From the NCBI GenBank assembly GCA_963795085.1, contig CAWCFX010000001.1, forward strand, positions 768,001 through 832,000: a stretch of 64,000 bases of DNA, written 5' to 3'. The translations under genes and the position numbers were made by a program. This stretch comes from an uncultured Gemmatimonadales bacterium. GTDB lineage: Bacteria > Gemmatimonadota > Gemmatimonadetes > Gemmatimonadales > GWC2-71-9. Shown here piece by piece: positions 8,476-19,082 of the stretch (its first letter is position 1; each line of letters starts with the position of its first letter). Under the pieces are notes generated by a model, which saw only the letters and a list, made by a program, of their open reading frames with translations, searched no databases and had not been told where the DNA came from.

Positions 8476-9315
8476 TTAGCTGACCGCCACTTCGTTGACC
8501 ATCCCGTGCAGGAAGTGGGGTTTGCCATCCTTGCTGTCCGGGACGAAACAGACGAAGCCGTACTTGCCCGGAGTAAAGTCGTGGGTGATATAGGCCACCT
8601 GCCCCGGTGAAAGGCCGGCGATGCCTTCGACCAGCTTGCCGGGAAGCGGGCCATCCATCTTCTCGGCTGCCCGCAACCAGTCCTGGATAGTGGCGGCCGA
8701 ATCGAGCCGGACCATGACCAGTTCGTGGGGCTGGCCGGCCGTATTCCGGATTTCGATCGTGTGGGTGCCGGGGGTGATAGGCGTGGACCACTCGAAGCCA
8801 TAGTCCACCAGGGTCAGCGTGAGCCCGGCCGTGGGGGCCGGCGCGGCCGGGCCGGTGGCCGGGACCACGGTGAGGCCCCGCATCATGCCCTTGGCGACAT
8901 GGGGCTGACCGTCAGGCGACGGAATAACACAGAAGAACACGTAGTTGCCGCTGTCCACCGCCATCGTGGCGGAGAGTGTGTCACCCGGCTCCGCGGCGTT
9001 GGGACCGCCCACCATGACGGCCCAGGCGGGAAGGCTGTGTTCGCCGCCGGCCATGGCCTGCTGGAAGTCCTGCATGGTCTTGCCCTGGTCGAGCCGGACC
9101 AGGAACATGTGGTGGGCTTCCTTGCCGATGTTGGCGAGCCGGAAGGTGGTCATTCCCGCCGCGATGGTGTCGGGGCCGGTATAGGAATAATCGGCGGAGG
9201 AAAAGGTCACCGTCTGCGGCGCGGGCGGAGTGGCCGCGTCCTCTTTGGTGTCCGGGCGGCTGCATCCGCCCAGGACCAGGGCTGCGAGCGTGAGTCGTAA
9301 GGTCGTCTGGCGCAC
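8476..9315 (-). CDS. Lipoprotein with two cupredoxin-like domains
   Basis: LGGC lipobox; two repeats EAHHM..CVIP..PHVAKGM and QPHEL..CFVP..PHFLHGM. Confidence 0.75.
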   Translation of the reverse strand: MRQTTLRLTLAALVLGGCSRPDTKEDAATPPAPQTVTFSSADYSYTGPDTIAAGMTTFRLANIGKEAHHMFLVRLDQGKTMQDFQQAMAGGEHSLPAWAVMVGGPNAAEPGDTLSATMAVDSGNYVFFCVIPSPDGQPHVAKGMMRGLTVVPATGPAAPAPTAGLTLTLVDYGFEWSTPITPGTHTIEIRNTAGQPHELVMVRLDSAATIQDWLRAAEKMDGPLPGKLVEGIAGLSPGQVAYITHDFTPGKYGFVCFVPDSKDGKPHFLHGMVNEVAVS

Positions 9316-9409
9316 GGAAGATCCTTGTGTAATGGGGCCGACAATCTGCAGAATTGTGCGCCCGAACGCCAGTGGGCGTGGCTCAACTTCCTCCTTCCCG
9401 GACCGAACC

Positions 9410-11304
9410 ATGAACCGTTATCTCCTCCCGCTGGCTCTCGTCGCCGGCCTGGCCCAGCCGCTCTGCGCCCAGGTCCAGGATTCGTCGCCGTTCCGGGCGC
9501 TGGAACTGCCGGCCCCCACCGAGATGCGGTTGGGCTCGGGCCGGCCCGGCCCCCGCTATTGGCAGCAGCGGGCCGACTACCGGATCCGGGCGGTCCTGGA
9601 TCCCGATGCGGGCGAGCTCGTGGGCGAGGAGATCATCCGCTACACCAACAACAGTCCAACGGCGCTGGGGTACCTGTGGCTGCACCTGGAACAGAACATG
9701 TGCGACCCGGGCAGCGTGACCAACCAGCTGAACCAGCCCCCGCTGGTCTTCCTGGGTTCCACCTTCGATTTCTCCTGCAAATCATTTTCCGGGGGACTGG
9801 CGCTGGAACGGGTGCGTGCCGGGGGCCGCGACCTGGCCTCCATGATCTCCGGCGCCACGGTTCGGCTCGACCTCGCCGAACCGCTGGCGTCCGGGTCTTC
9901 GGTGGAGCTCGACATCGCCTGGCGCTTCCGGGTGCCGCCGTACGGCGGGGGGCGGATGGGCCGGGACGGCAGCCTCTTCGAGATCGCCCAGTGGTACCCC
10001 CGCCTGGCGGTGTACGATGATGTCCGGGGATGGAACCACGAGCCCTACATCGGCGCGGGAGAGTTCTATCTCGAGTATGGAAGCTTTGACGTGGCCCTCA
10101 CGCTCCCCGCCGCCTACGTGGTCGCCGCGACCGGCCAGCTGCAGAACCCGGGTGAGGTGCTGACCGGGCCGCAACGGGACCGGCTGGCGCTGGCGGCCCG
10201 CTCGGATACGGCGATCGCGGTGATCACCGCGGCGGAGGCCGGCCATGCCGCGGCCACCCGGCCCACCGCCACGGGGACTCTCACCTGGCGGTTCACCGCC
10301 GACAGCGTCCGCGACTTTGCCTTCGCCGCGGCGCCGAACTTCCGGTGGGATGCGAGCGGCTACCGGGGCATCCTGGTGCATACGCTCTACCGCCCGGAGG
10401 CCGCCCTGTGGACCGAATCCAACCGGATGGTGCGGGAGGCGCTCCGGTACTTCAGCGAACAGTGGTATCCCTATCCCTATTCTCACATCAGCAGCATCGA
10501 GGGCCCGGTTGAGGGCATGGAGTATCCCATGCTGACCTTCGACCCCACCGGCCCTACCCGGGAGGACCTGCACTGGGTGCTGGCCCACGAGCTGGGCCAC
10601 CAGTGGGTGCCGATGATCGTGGGGTCCAATGAGCGGCTCTATCCGTGGATGGACGAAGGGTTCAACACGTTCATCGACCTCGCCAATGCCGCGCAGTATT
10701 TCGCGGGGACGCCGTACGGAGACTCGATCGAGTGGAATTCACGCCGGATCTATCCCGAGCACGCGGTGCCCGGGCAGGAACAGCCCCTGATTGCCCGCCC
10801 GGTCGAAGTCAAGGATCTCTTCTGGGTGGGCTACCAGAAGCCGGCGCTGATGCTGCAACAGCTGCGGTACGAAGTGCTGGGCAAGGAGCGGTTCGACTTT
10901 GCCTTCCGGGAATATCTCCGGGCCTGGGCGTACAAGCATCCGACGCCGGCGGATTTCTTCCGGATCATGCGGGATGCCTCGGGGGTGGACCTCGACTGGT
11001 TCTGGCGGGGCTGGGTCCTCACGACCGCCCGGCTGGACCAGGCGGTGGATTCGGTCGTCAGCCGGGGGAAACCACCCGGATCTTCCTGAGCAACCGGGGC
11101 AGCATGGTGATGCCGCTCGAGATGGCCATCACCCGGCAGGGCGGCGGCGTTGAGACGGTCCGGCTGCCGGTGGAGATGTGGAACCAGGGACCCCGGTTCG
11201 TCCATGCCATCACCGGAGGCGGCCGGGTGACGCGGGTGATGGTGGACCCGCGACACGCCCTGACCGATACCCGGCGGGCGAACAACCGCTGGCCGCGCCG
11301 GTAA
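9410..11304 (+). CDS. M1 family zinc aminopeptidase, frameshifted near 11064-11068
   Basis: Signal peptide, YWQQRADY, GMEYPM, AHELGHQW, WMDEGFNT; frame stops at 11089 and the expected C-terminus continues in the -1 frame to 11304. Confidence 0.88.
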
Positions 11305-11321
11305 CCTCCCGCCCCGGGCGC

Positions 11322-12404
11322 TTACTTCTGCAGGGCCCGGCGGACCTGGATGAGCTCGGAGATGTTCTCGCTGCTGAGGACGCCGATGAGTTGCCCCTGG
11401 GCGTCCACCACCGGCAGTGCCGGCGTGCCGCTGGCGCGAAGCCGGGTCAGCGCCTCGTCAAACCCGAGCTCCGGGTGGAGCAGGGGTATGTTCGCCGTCA
11501 TGGCTTCCTGGACGGTGGACTGAGGTCCCCGCGCGGCCAGGCCCTGAATGAGGTTCTCCCGGCTCAGCATGCCTTCGATCCGCCCGTCGTTGTCGAGGGC
11601 CGGAAACTCGCGCTGGTTCCCTTCCAGCAGCATGGCCACGGCGACTTCCAGCCGGGCGTGCACCGGGATGGTGCGGAACCGGGTCATCATCATGTCGGCG
11701 ACCCGGACCCCGAGCCCCGCCGTCTTCTGCTCCACCGCCGCTACCTCGGCGCCGGCGCCCAGGAAGACGAAGAAGGCGATCAGCACCAGGACAAAATGAT
11801 TGGTGACCAGCCCGTACATGCCGCCGGCGAAGGCCAGCAACTGGCCCACCGCAGCGGCGGTGCGGGTGGCCCGGGGCAGCCCCCACTTCATCGCCAGGAT
11901 CGATCGCAGCATGCGCCCGCCGTCCATCGGGAACGCGGGCAGCAGGTTGAAGTAGAGCAGCATGAAGTTGACATGCATCAGCAGGCCCGCGCCCGAGTCC
12001 GCGTCGAGGTCGAGGGTGAAGATGGCGGGCTCGGCGCCGGACGCCCGCAGGTAGGCATAGAACCCCAGCGCGATCAGCAGCGTGACCAGCGGACCCGCGA
12101 CGGCGATGAGAAACTCCTGGCGCGGCTGTTCCGGCATGCGCTCGAGGCGGGCCAGGCCGCCGATGGGAAGCAGGATCACATCGGGCGTGCGGATCCCGAA
12201 CCGGCGGGCCATGGCGATGTGGCCGAACTCGTGCAGCAGCACACATCCGAACACCGCCAGGATGAACCCGACGGTCAGCAGCAGCTCCGGCATGCCCCCG
12301 GACTGGTAACCGCCCAGGCCATAGAAGCCGAGCAGCATGAGAAAGGTGACGTGGACTTTGACGTCGGTGCCGGCGACACGGAAAATGCGATAGCTCCAGG
12401 ACAT
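11322..12404 (-). CDS. M50 site-2 metalloprotease with CBS domain pair
   Basis: HEFGH, AGP, FNLLPAFPMDGGR, C-terminal CBS pair. Confidence 0.92.
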   Translation of the reverse strand: MSWSYRIFRVAGTDVKVHVTFLMLLGFYGLGGYQSGGMPELLLTVGFILAVFGCVLLHEFGHIAMARRFGIRTPDVILLPIGGLARLERMPEQPRQEFLIAVAGPLVTLLIALGFYAYLRASGAEPAIFTLDLDADSGAGLLMHVNFMLLYFNLLPAFPMDGGRMLRSILAMKWGLPRATRTAAAVGQLLAFAGGMYGLVTNHFVLVLIAFFVFLGAGAEVAAVEQKTAGLGVRVADMMMTRFRTIPVHARLEVAVAMLLEGNQREFPALDNDGRIEGMLSRENLIQGLAARGPQSTVQEAMTANIPLLHPELGFDEALTRLRASGTPALPVVDAQGQLIGVLSSENISELIQVRRALQK

Positions 12405-12547
12405 GGGGGAAGGATAACGGGATTGGCTATGCCGGGTGCCGGCCGCCCATCGCCGGGGATCCGGGCCTTCCGCCAACTGCCATCCCCAAAGCCCCGCCAT
12501 TATATTTCCGCCGAACCTCCAGCTGGAGCCGTACCATAGCCACTTCT

Positions 12548-14491
12548 GTGCCCGCCACCCCGGCCGCTCCGGCCGCGACCCCGGCCACCCCGCCGGGATG
12601 GACCATCAAGGATTCCGAAAAGCTCTACAACATGAGCGGCTGGGGCATGGGGTTCTTCCGCATCAACGCTGATGGCCACGTCGCGGTGCACCCGGACCGC
12701 AATCCCAAGCGGGGCCTGGACCTGTACCAGTTGGCCACCGACCTGACCGCCCAGGGGGTCGGCCTGCCGCTCCTCCTCCGGTTCTCGGATATTCTCCGGG
12801 CCCGCATCGAGATGCTGGCGGGCGCCTTCCAGAGTGCCATCAAGGAGTTCGAGTACGAGGGTTCCTACACGACGGTGTATCCCATCAAGGTGAACCAGCA
12901 GCGGCACGTCGTGCAGGAAATCGTCGAGTTCGGTGCGCCGTTCGGGGTCGGGCTCGAGTGCGGCAGCAAGGGAGAATTGCAGGCCATCCTGGGCCTTTCC
13001 GACGCCAGCAACCATCTCATCGTCTGCAACGGGTACAAGGACGAGGAGTTCATGCGGCTGGCGCTGATGGGGCACAAGGTGGGCCACACGGTGATGATCG
13101 TGCTGGAACAGCCCAACGAGCTGGACGTGCTGCTCAAGGTGGCCGCCGATATGGACGTCACGCCCACGGTCGGGGTGCGGATCAAGCTGGCCAGCGAGGG
13201 GGCCGGGCGGTGGGCCAAGAGCGGCGGCGAGAAGAGCAAGTTCGGCCTCTCCCCCGTCGAACTGATGAAGCTGCTGGACAAGCTGGAGACGCTGGGCCGG
13301 AAGGACGTGCTCAAGCTGGTTCACTTCCACCTCGGCAGCCAGATCACCGATATCCGCTACATCAAGGCCGGCCTGGAAGAGGTGGCCCGCTACTACGGCG
13401 AGCTGCGGCGGATGGGGTTTTCGATCGACTATGTCGATGTGGGCGGCGGGCTGGGTGTGGACTATGACGGTTCCCGCTCCACCCGCCCGGCCAGCGTCAA
13501 CTACACGATGCGGGAGTACGCCAACGACGTCGTCTATGTCATCGGCACGGCCTGCCGGTCGGCCGGCATCCCGATGCCGCACTTGATCTCGGAGTCGGGG
13601 CGGGCCATTACGGCGCACCATTCGCTGCTCCTCATCAACGTCATCGACGTCGAGTCCCAGAGCGAGCTGGCGGTCCCCGAACTGGGCAAGAAGCCGCACT
13701 CGCTGCTCAAGGAGATGGCCGAGAACCTGGAGAGCATGAGCCTGGAGCGGGCCCAGGAAGTGGCCCATGACGCCACCTTCGCCAAGGAGCGGGCCCAGGA
13801 ACTGTTTGCGAGCGGGGTGTTGAGCCTGCCCGAGCGGGCCCACGCGGAACAGCTCTTCCTGGCCACCCTGACCGGCCTGGTCCGGCTGATCGGAGAGGAC
13901 AAGGCGGCCTACGCCGAGATCATGGCCGATATCGATCCCATCCTGGTGGACCGCTATTTCTGCAATTTCTCCCTTTTCCAGTCATTGCCCGACAACTGGG
14001 CGATCGACCAGCTCTTCCCGATCATGCCCATCCACCGGCTGGCGGAGGCGCCCACCCGGCGGGGCACCCTGCAGGACGTGACCTGCGATTCCGATGGCAA
14101 GATCGAGCGGTTTGCGGGCGGGCGGAAAGGCAAACCCTCGCTGGAACTGCACCCGTACCGGGAGGATCAGCCCTACATCCTGGGCATCTTCCTCACGGGG
14201 GCGTACCAGGAAATCCTGGGCGACCTGCACAACCTGTTCGGCGATACCAACGCGGTGCACGTCCGGCTCAAGGAGCACGGTTATGAGATCACCGACCTGG
14301 TCCACGGCGACACCGTGACCGAAGTCCTCAACTATGTCCAGTTCCATGCCCAGGACCTGCTGGCCACCTTCCGCCGCAAGGTGAGCACGGCGCGGGGCCT
14401 GACGCGGCAGGAGGCGAATACGTTCATCGCCGACTACGTCGCGGGCCTGGAGGGCTATACGTACCTGGAAGGGGAGGTGCCGGCCGAATAG
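12548..14491 (+). CDS. speA: Biosynthetic arginine decarboxylase
   Basis: YPIKVNQ, GLECGSK, HFHLGSQI, DVGGGLGVDYDGS, ESGRA, TCDSDG, GAYQEILGDLHNLFG. Confidence 0.97.
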   Translation: MPATPAAPAATPATPPGWTIKDSEKLYNMSGWGMGFFRINADGHVAVHPDRNPKRGLDLYQLATDLTAQGVGLPLLLRFSDILRARIEMLAGAFQSAIKEFEYEGSYTTVYPIKVNQQRHVVQEIVEFGAPFGVGLECGSKGELQAILGLSDASNHLIVCNGYKDEEFMRLALMGHKVGHTVMIVLEQPNELDVLLKVAADMDVTPTVGVRIKLASEGAGRWAKSGGEKSKFGLSPVELMKLLDKLETLGRKDVLKLVHFHLGSQITDIRYIKAGLEEVARYYGELRRMGFSIDYVDVGGGLGVDYDGSRSTRPASVNYTMREYANDVVYVIGTACRSAGIPMPHLISESGRAITAHHSLLLINVIDVESQSELAVPELGKKPHSLLKEMAENLESMSLERAQEVAHDATFAKERAQELFASGVLSLPERAHAEQLFLATLTGLVRLIGEDKAAYAEIMADIDPILVDRYFCNFSLFQSLPDNWAIDQLFPIMPIHRLAEAPTRRGTLQDVTCDSDGKIERFAGGRKGKPSLELHPYREDQPYILGIFLTGAYQEILGDLHNLFGDTNAVHVRLKEHGYEITDLVHGDTVTEVLNYVQFHAQDLLATFRRKVSTARGLTRQEANTFIADYVAGLEGYTYLEGEVPAE

Positions 14492-14492
14492 T

Positions 14493-14628
14493 CAGTGGGA
14501 CAGTGGGACAGTGGGACAGGTGGGACAGTGGGACAGTGGGACAGTGGGACAGTGGGACAGTAGGACAGTAGGACAGTAGGACAGTAGGACAGTGGGACAG
14601 TGGGACAGTGGGACAGTGGGACAGTGGA
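14493..14628 (+). repeat. 8-mer array (CAGTRGGA), 16 copies plus a partial
   Basis: Fills the gap between convergent speA and kinase stops; block of four CAGTAGGA variants in the middle. Confidence 0.95.
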
Positions 14629-14629
14629 G

Positions 14630-17617
14630 CTATCCCCCCACTCGCTTAAGGCCGGCCCGGGCCTCCTCCAGCATTGGCCGGAACATTGGATCGGGATCAT
14701 TCCAGAGCGCCACGGCGCGCCGGTAGTCACGGCGCGCTTCGTCGTTGCGGCCCAGCCGCTCCAGGAGCCGGCCCCGGCGGATCAGGGACGGCGTGAGGTA
14801 GGGCAGCCCGAGGTAGGCCTTGTCGTCGAGCGTGGCAAACCAGTGCAGCGCTTCCGTCTCCCGCCCTTGCCGTTCCAGGAGGTCCGCCCGCAGGTACCGC
14901 TCGCGGGGACCGGAAAAGAACGGGCTCAACTGCAACAGGTAGGACAACCGGTAGTCCCCGCCTTCCAGCACCCGGAGGGCCTCGCCGGGGTTGCCCTGGC
15001 CCAGGGCGATCTCGGCGCGAATGCCCGCGGCCAGGTTGCGCGCCAGCTTGACCTGGTCCCCGAAGCTTCGCAGGGCGACCAGGCCATCCGCGGCGCGCGC
15101 CGCGGCGGGGTAATCCCGGGCCAGCGCCGCGTACAATCCCTGCAGGTAGAGGCGATAGTGATCGTAGAGGTCGCGATGAATCGTGAACTGAATGCTCGCG
15201 TCGGCGGGGGGCTCGATCCCCGGCGCCGCGATGGCAGACAGCCGCGGCCGCGCTGCCGCCAGCGATTCCGCCGGTGACTGCACGAAGGGGGCCGCCTGGA
15301 AATACGCGTCGTATGCCGTGGCGAGGCCCGGGTCCAGGGTCCTCGCGCTGTCGAGGTCCCGGCGCGCGGCTGCCCACTTTCCCATGCCCAGGTGGACCGC
15401 ACTCGCCATAAGGAACCCATTGGCCCGGATCACCGGGTTCCGCGAAGGGCTGGTCAGGAGGGCAACGACGGCGAGGCCCGCGGGCAGGTCCTCCGCATAG
15501 GATGCCACGTCCAGGACCGTAATCGCCACCGTCAGGCTGGTGCCCAGCCGCAGGGAGTCGAGGACCTGGCGCATGGCGGCGGTGTCCCGGTGCACCACGG
15601 CCTGCAGCATGGCGAGTTCCTGCTCTTCGGCCCGCGCCGCGGCCACCGTCTGCCCGCTCGCGGCACGGATCCGCTTCACCTTGGCCACCAGGGTGTCCAG
15701 GCCGGCTGTGTCATTGTCGGCGGCGGCCATCCGGGCGAGGTGGATCAGGGGGATCAGGTTATCCGGTTCGAACGAGACCACCCGCATCCAGGCCGGGCGT
15801 GATTCCCGAAAATCCCGGCCATGCACCGGACCGGTATGGAACAGCAGTTCCGCGAGCTGCATCCAGGCTTCGATATCGTCCGGGTAGGTGCCCAGGATGC
15901 CGCGAAAGATACGCTCGGCTGTCGCCAGGTCTCCGATAGTCCCGGCGGTGGTGGCCTGCAGCAACTGCCGAAACCGTTCCGGAAGCTCGGTGCTGAGCCG
16001 CTCGGCCCGCACCGCCGCATCCCGAACGATGTCATCCCGGGTCAGCCACTGGGCCGCGACGCTCATGCGATACCAGGCGAGGGCGAAGTTGGAATCCGCC
16101 GCGGTGGCCCGGGTGTACGCCGCCATGGCCTCGTCGAAGCGGCCGGTGCGCATCGCGCTCTCGCCGTCGAGGTAGGCCTTGAACGCGGGGAGCGAAGACG
16201 TCGTGACCCCGGCCAGCCGGCCCGCCGCGGACCCCGCGCGCTCGGCCAGCAACCGGGCGGCCAGCCGGTCCACCAGCTCGAACACCATCGACACGTCGCC
16301 CTCTTCCGTCGCCAGGAGGGCGGGCCGGTCCGAGTCATGGCCGTAGAGGCGGGCGGTGATCTGGACCCGCGGTCCTACGGCGACGACATCTCCCAGCACG
16401 AACATCCCCGCCGAAAAGCGCTGGGCCACCCGGCGGGCCTCCGCCGGGTCCAGGGGGCCGGCCTCCATCTGCTTGAGGTAGCTGAGCAGGGCACGCGTGT
16501 CGACCGTCCGCAGGTCGCCCGCCCCGTCCATCTTGGTGCTGAGCAGGGTGACCATGCCCTCGCCGAGGTGCAGCGTGTCCTGTCCCTGGACTGCAAACGG
16601 CATGACCGCGACGGTGGACGCATTGAGCGGGCTGGCGGAGGCAGGCATCAGCCGTACGACGACGAGATAGGCGCCGAGCAGGACGAGCAGCACCACGGCG
16701 ACCAGGGTGAGCGCACGGGAGCGGGGCGGGCTGACGGCCGGGGACGGTCCGCTTTCCCCCTGCTGCAGTGCGGTGCCGAATGCCCGGGCGGAGCGCTGGC
16801 GTCTGGCGGGATCCTTGGCCATGCCGGCCTGGATCGCCGTGTCGATCGGCGCCGAGATCTCCGGCCGCGCGACGCGCAGCGAGGGAACCGGGTCCATCAG
16901 GTGGCGGGCGGCGATGGCGGTAGGGCTGGGGCCGAGGTAGGGAGCCTTGCCCGCCAGCATTTCGTAGGTCACGCAGGCCAGGCTGTAGAGATCGCTCTTG
17001 CCGTCCACATCCGGCCGGCCCTCGATCTGCTCAGGGCTCATGTACGCCGGGGTCCCGATGGTATGCCCGGTCTCGGTCAGGTTTCCCGCCGCCTCCTGGT
17101 CCCGCAGGGCTCCCAGGGCCCTGGAGATGCCGAAGTCCGCCACCAGGGCGTGGCCCCCTTCGAGCAGGATGTTCTCCGGCTTGATGTCACGGTGCACCAC
17201 CCCGGCCGCGTGCGCGTGGTCCAGGGCTTCGGCGACCTCGGCGGCGATCTTGACCGCTACCGGCACGGGAAGGGCGCCCTCCCGCTCCAGCAGGGCGCGG
17301 AGGCTCTCCCCTTCGATCCGGGGCATGATGTAATACAGCACCGGCGGCTCCGCCGCGGTGGCCGCGACATCGCCGGAATCGAAGAGCGGGATGATATGGG
17401 GGTGGCGGAGCCGGGCCGCGATCTGGATCTCGCGGAGGAATCGCTCGGTGCCGAGGGCGGCGGCCAGCTCGGGCCGGAGCACCTTGATTGCCACGGTACG
17501 GTTGTGCTTCAGGTCCTCAGCGGTGTACACGGTCGCCATCCCGCCCCGCCCGATCTGCTCGCCGACCGTGTACCGGCCGGCGAGGGCCGCGCGCAGCCGG
17601 GCGGCGAGATCAGACAT
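14630..17617 (-). CDS. Ser/Thr protein kinase with TM segment and C-terminal TPR-like region
   Basis: GRGGMA, VAIK, HRDIKPEN, DFG, GTPAYMSPE; start ATG 17617. Confidence 0.92.
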   Translation of the reverse strand: MSDLAARLRAALAGRYTVGEQIGRGGMATVYTAEDLKHNRTVAIKVLRPELAAALGTERFLREIQIAARLRHPHIIPLFDSGDVAATAAEPPVLYYIMPRIEGESLRALLEREGALPVPVAVKIAAEVAEALDHAHAAGVVHRDIKPENILLEGGHALVADFGISRALGALRDQEAAGNLTETGHTIGTPAYMSPEQIEGRPDVDGKSDLYSLACVTYEMLAGKAPYLGPSPTAIAARHLMDPVPSLRVARPEISAPIDTAIQAGMAKDPARRQRSARAFGTALQQGESGPSPAVSPPRSRALTLVAVVLLVLLGAYLVVVRLMPASASPLNASTVAVMPFAVQGQDTLHLGEGMVTLLSTKMDGAGDLRTVDTRALLSYLKQMEAGPLDPAEARRVAQRFSAGMFVLGDVVAVGPRVQITARLYGHDSDRPALLATEEGDVSMVFELVDRLAARLLAERAGSAAGRLAGVTTSSLPAFKAYLDGESAMRTGRFDEAMAAYTRATAADSNFALAWYRMSVAAQWLTRDDIVRDAAVRAERLSTELPERFRQLLQATTAGTIGDLATAERIFRGILGTYPDDIEAWMQLAELLFHTGPVHGRDFRESRPAWMRVVSFEPDNLIPLIHLARMAAADNDTAGLDTLVAKVKRIRAASGQTVAAARAEEQELAMLQAVVHRDTAAMRQVLDSLRLGTSLTVAITVLDVASYAEDLPAGLAVVALLTSPSRNPVIRANGFLMASAVHLGMGKWAAARRDLDSARTLDPGLATAYDAYFQAAPFVQSPAESLAAARPRLSAIAAPGIEPPADASIQFTIHRDLYDHYRLYLQGLYAALARDYPAAARAADGLVALRSFGDQVKLARNLAAGIRAEIALGQGNPGEALRVLEGGDYRLSYLLQLSPFFSGPRERYLRADLLERQGRETEALHWFATLDDKAYLGLPYLTPSLIRRGRLLERLGRNDEARRDYRRAVALWNDPDPMFRPMLEEARAGLKRVGG

Positions 17618-17667
17618 GGCTCGGGTCCGGGCGCATGGCGGACCGGGGCCGGGGACTCGGGCTCCCC

Positions 17668-18954
17668 CTACTTCCGCTTGCCGATGGAGACGTAGGGACG
17701 CTCGTCGGCGCCGGTGTAGATCTGGCGGGGGCGGGAGATCTTCTGATCTTTGTCCAGCAGCATCTCTTCCCACTGGGCCAGCCACCCGGGCGTGCGGCCC
17801 AGCGCGAAGAGCACAGTGAAGTATTCGGTGGGATACCCCATCGCCTGGTAGATCAGGCCGGAGTAGAAGTCCACGTTGGGATAGAGCTTCCGGCTGATGA
17901 AATATTCGTCCTGGAGGGCGATCCGCTCCAGCTCGAGGGCAACTTCCAGCTTGGGATTGAGGCCGGTCTGGGCGAAGACTTCGTCGGCCACCCGCTTGAT
18001 CAGCTTGGCCCGGGGATCGTAGCTCTTGTACACCCGGTGGCCGAAGCCCATCAGCCGGCCCTCACCGCCCTTGACCTTCTCGATGAACGCGGGAATCTCC
18101 TTCTTGCTGCCGATCTCGTCCAGCATCCGGAGGACCGCCTCGTTGGCCCCGCCGTGGAGCGGCCCGTACAGGGCCGCGATACCGGCGGAAACGGCGGAGA
18201 ACGGGTCCACTTCCGAGGAGCCCACCGCCCGGACCGCGCTGGTCGAAGCGTTCTGTTCGTGGTCGGCATGCAGGATCAGCAGGATTTCCAGCGCCTTCTG
18301 CAGCACCGGGTTGGGCTCGTGCCTGCCCCCGATGCTGAACGTCATGTTGACGAAGTTCCCGATATAGCCGAGGTCGTTCCGGGGGAACTCGTAGGGCAGC
18401 CCGCGGCTGTGCCGAAAGGCGAATGCCGCGATGGTGGGCATCTTGGCCAGCAACCGGACCCGCTGGACGTAGCGGTTCTCCGCGTCGCGGATGTTCTTGG
18501 CGTCGGGGTAGAAGGTCGAGAGCGCGCCCACCACCCCGAGCAGCATGCCCATGGGGTGGGCGTCGTAGCGGAACCCGCCGAGAAACTTGATGATGTTGGT
18601 GTGCACGTAGGTGTGATAGGTAATGTCGTGCACGAACTTGTCGAGCTGGGCCTGGTTGGGCAGTTCCCCTTCGCAGAGGAGGTAGGCGACCTCGAGGAAG
18701 CTGGCATGCTCGGCCAGTTGCTCGATGGGATAACCCCGGTACCGCAGGATGCCCTTGTCCCCGTCGATGAACGTAATGGCGCTCCGGCAGGCCGCGGTGT
18801 TCATGAACGCCGGATCGTAGGTCATCAGTCCGAAGTCATCGTCTGCCGTCTTGATCTTGCGAAGGTCCATGGCCTGGATGGTGCCGTCGTTGATCGGCAG
18901 CTCGTAGGCCTTGCCGGTGCGGTTGTCGGTAACGGACAGGGATTCTTTGGACAC
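17668..18954 (-). CDS. gltA: Citrate synthase
   Basis: LHADHEQNAST, GPLHGGAN, MGFGHRVYK, YPNVDFYSG; GTG start. Confidence 0.97.
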   Translation of the reverse strand: MSKESLSVTDNRTGKAYELPINDGTIQAMDLRKIKTADDDFGLMTYDPAFMNTAACRSAITFIDGDKGILRYRGYPIEQLAEHASFLEVAYLLCEGELPNQAQLDKFVHDITYHTYVHTNIIKFLGGFRYDAHPMGMLLGVVGALSTFYPDAKNIRDAENRYVQRVRLLAKMPTIAAFAFRHSRGLPYEFPRNDLGYIGNFVNMTFSIGGRHEPNPVLQKALEILLILHADHEQNASTSAVRAVGSSEVDPFSAVSAGIAALYGPLHGGANEAVLRMLDEIGSKKEIPAFIEKVKGGEGRLMGFGHRVYKSYDPRAKLIKRVADEVFAQTGLNPKLEVALELERIALQDEYFISRKLYPNVDFYSGLIYQAMGYPTEYFTVLFALGRTPGWLAQWEEMLLDKDQKISRPRQIYTGADERPYVSIGKRK

Positions 18955-19082
18955 GGTGGTTCCTTGGTGTGGAGGCGGGGGGACGTCCCAAAATAGCCGG
19001 GATGCGGCAACCCGGGAAAGGCGCGGCGCCGGCCTGGGCCGGACGGGCGAAAGCGGACACATGCGATTACTCTACGGCCCCG

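Noticed and set aside
11066..11072. GGGAAAC as a programmed -1 slippery site
   Set aside because: The zero frame reads GGG AAA CCA, not G GGA AAC, so the heptamer is out of register.
14493..14628. Repeat arrays as CRISPR
   Set aside because: Units are 7-13 bp with no unique spacers, and there are no cas genes.
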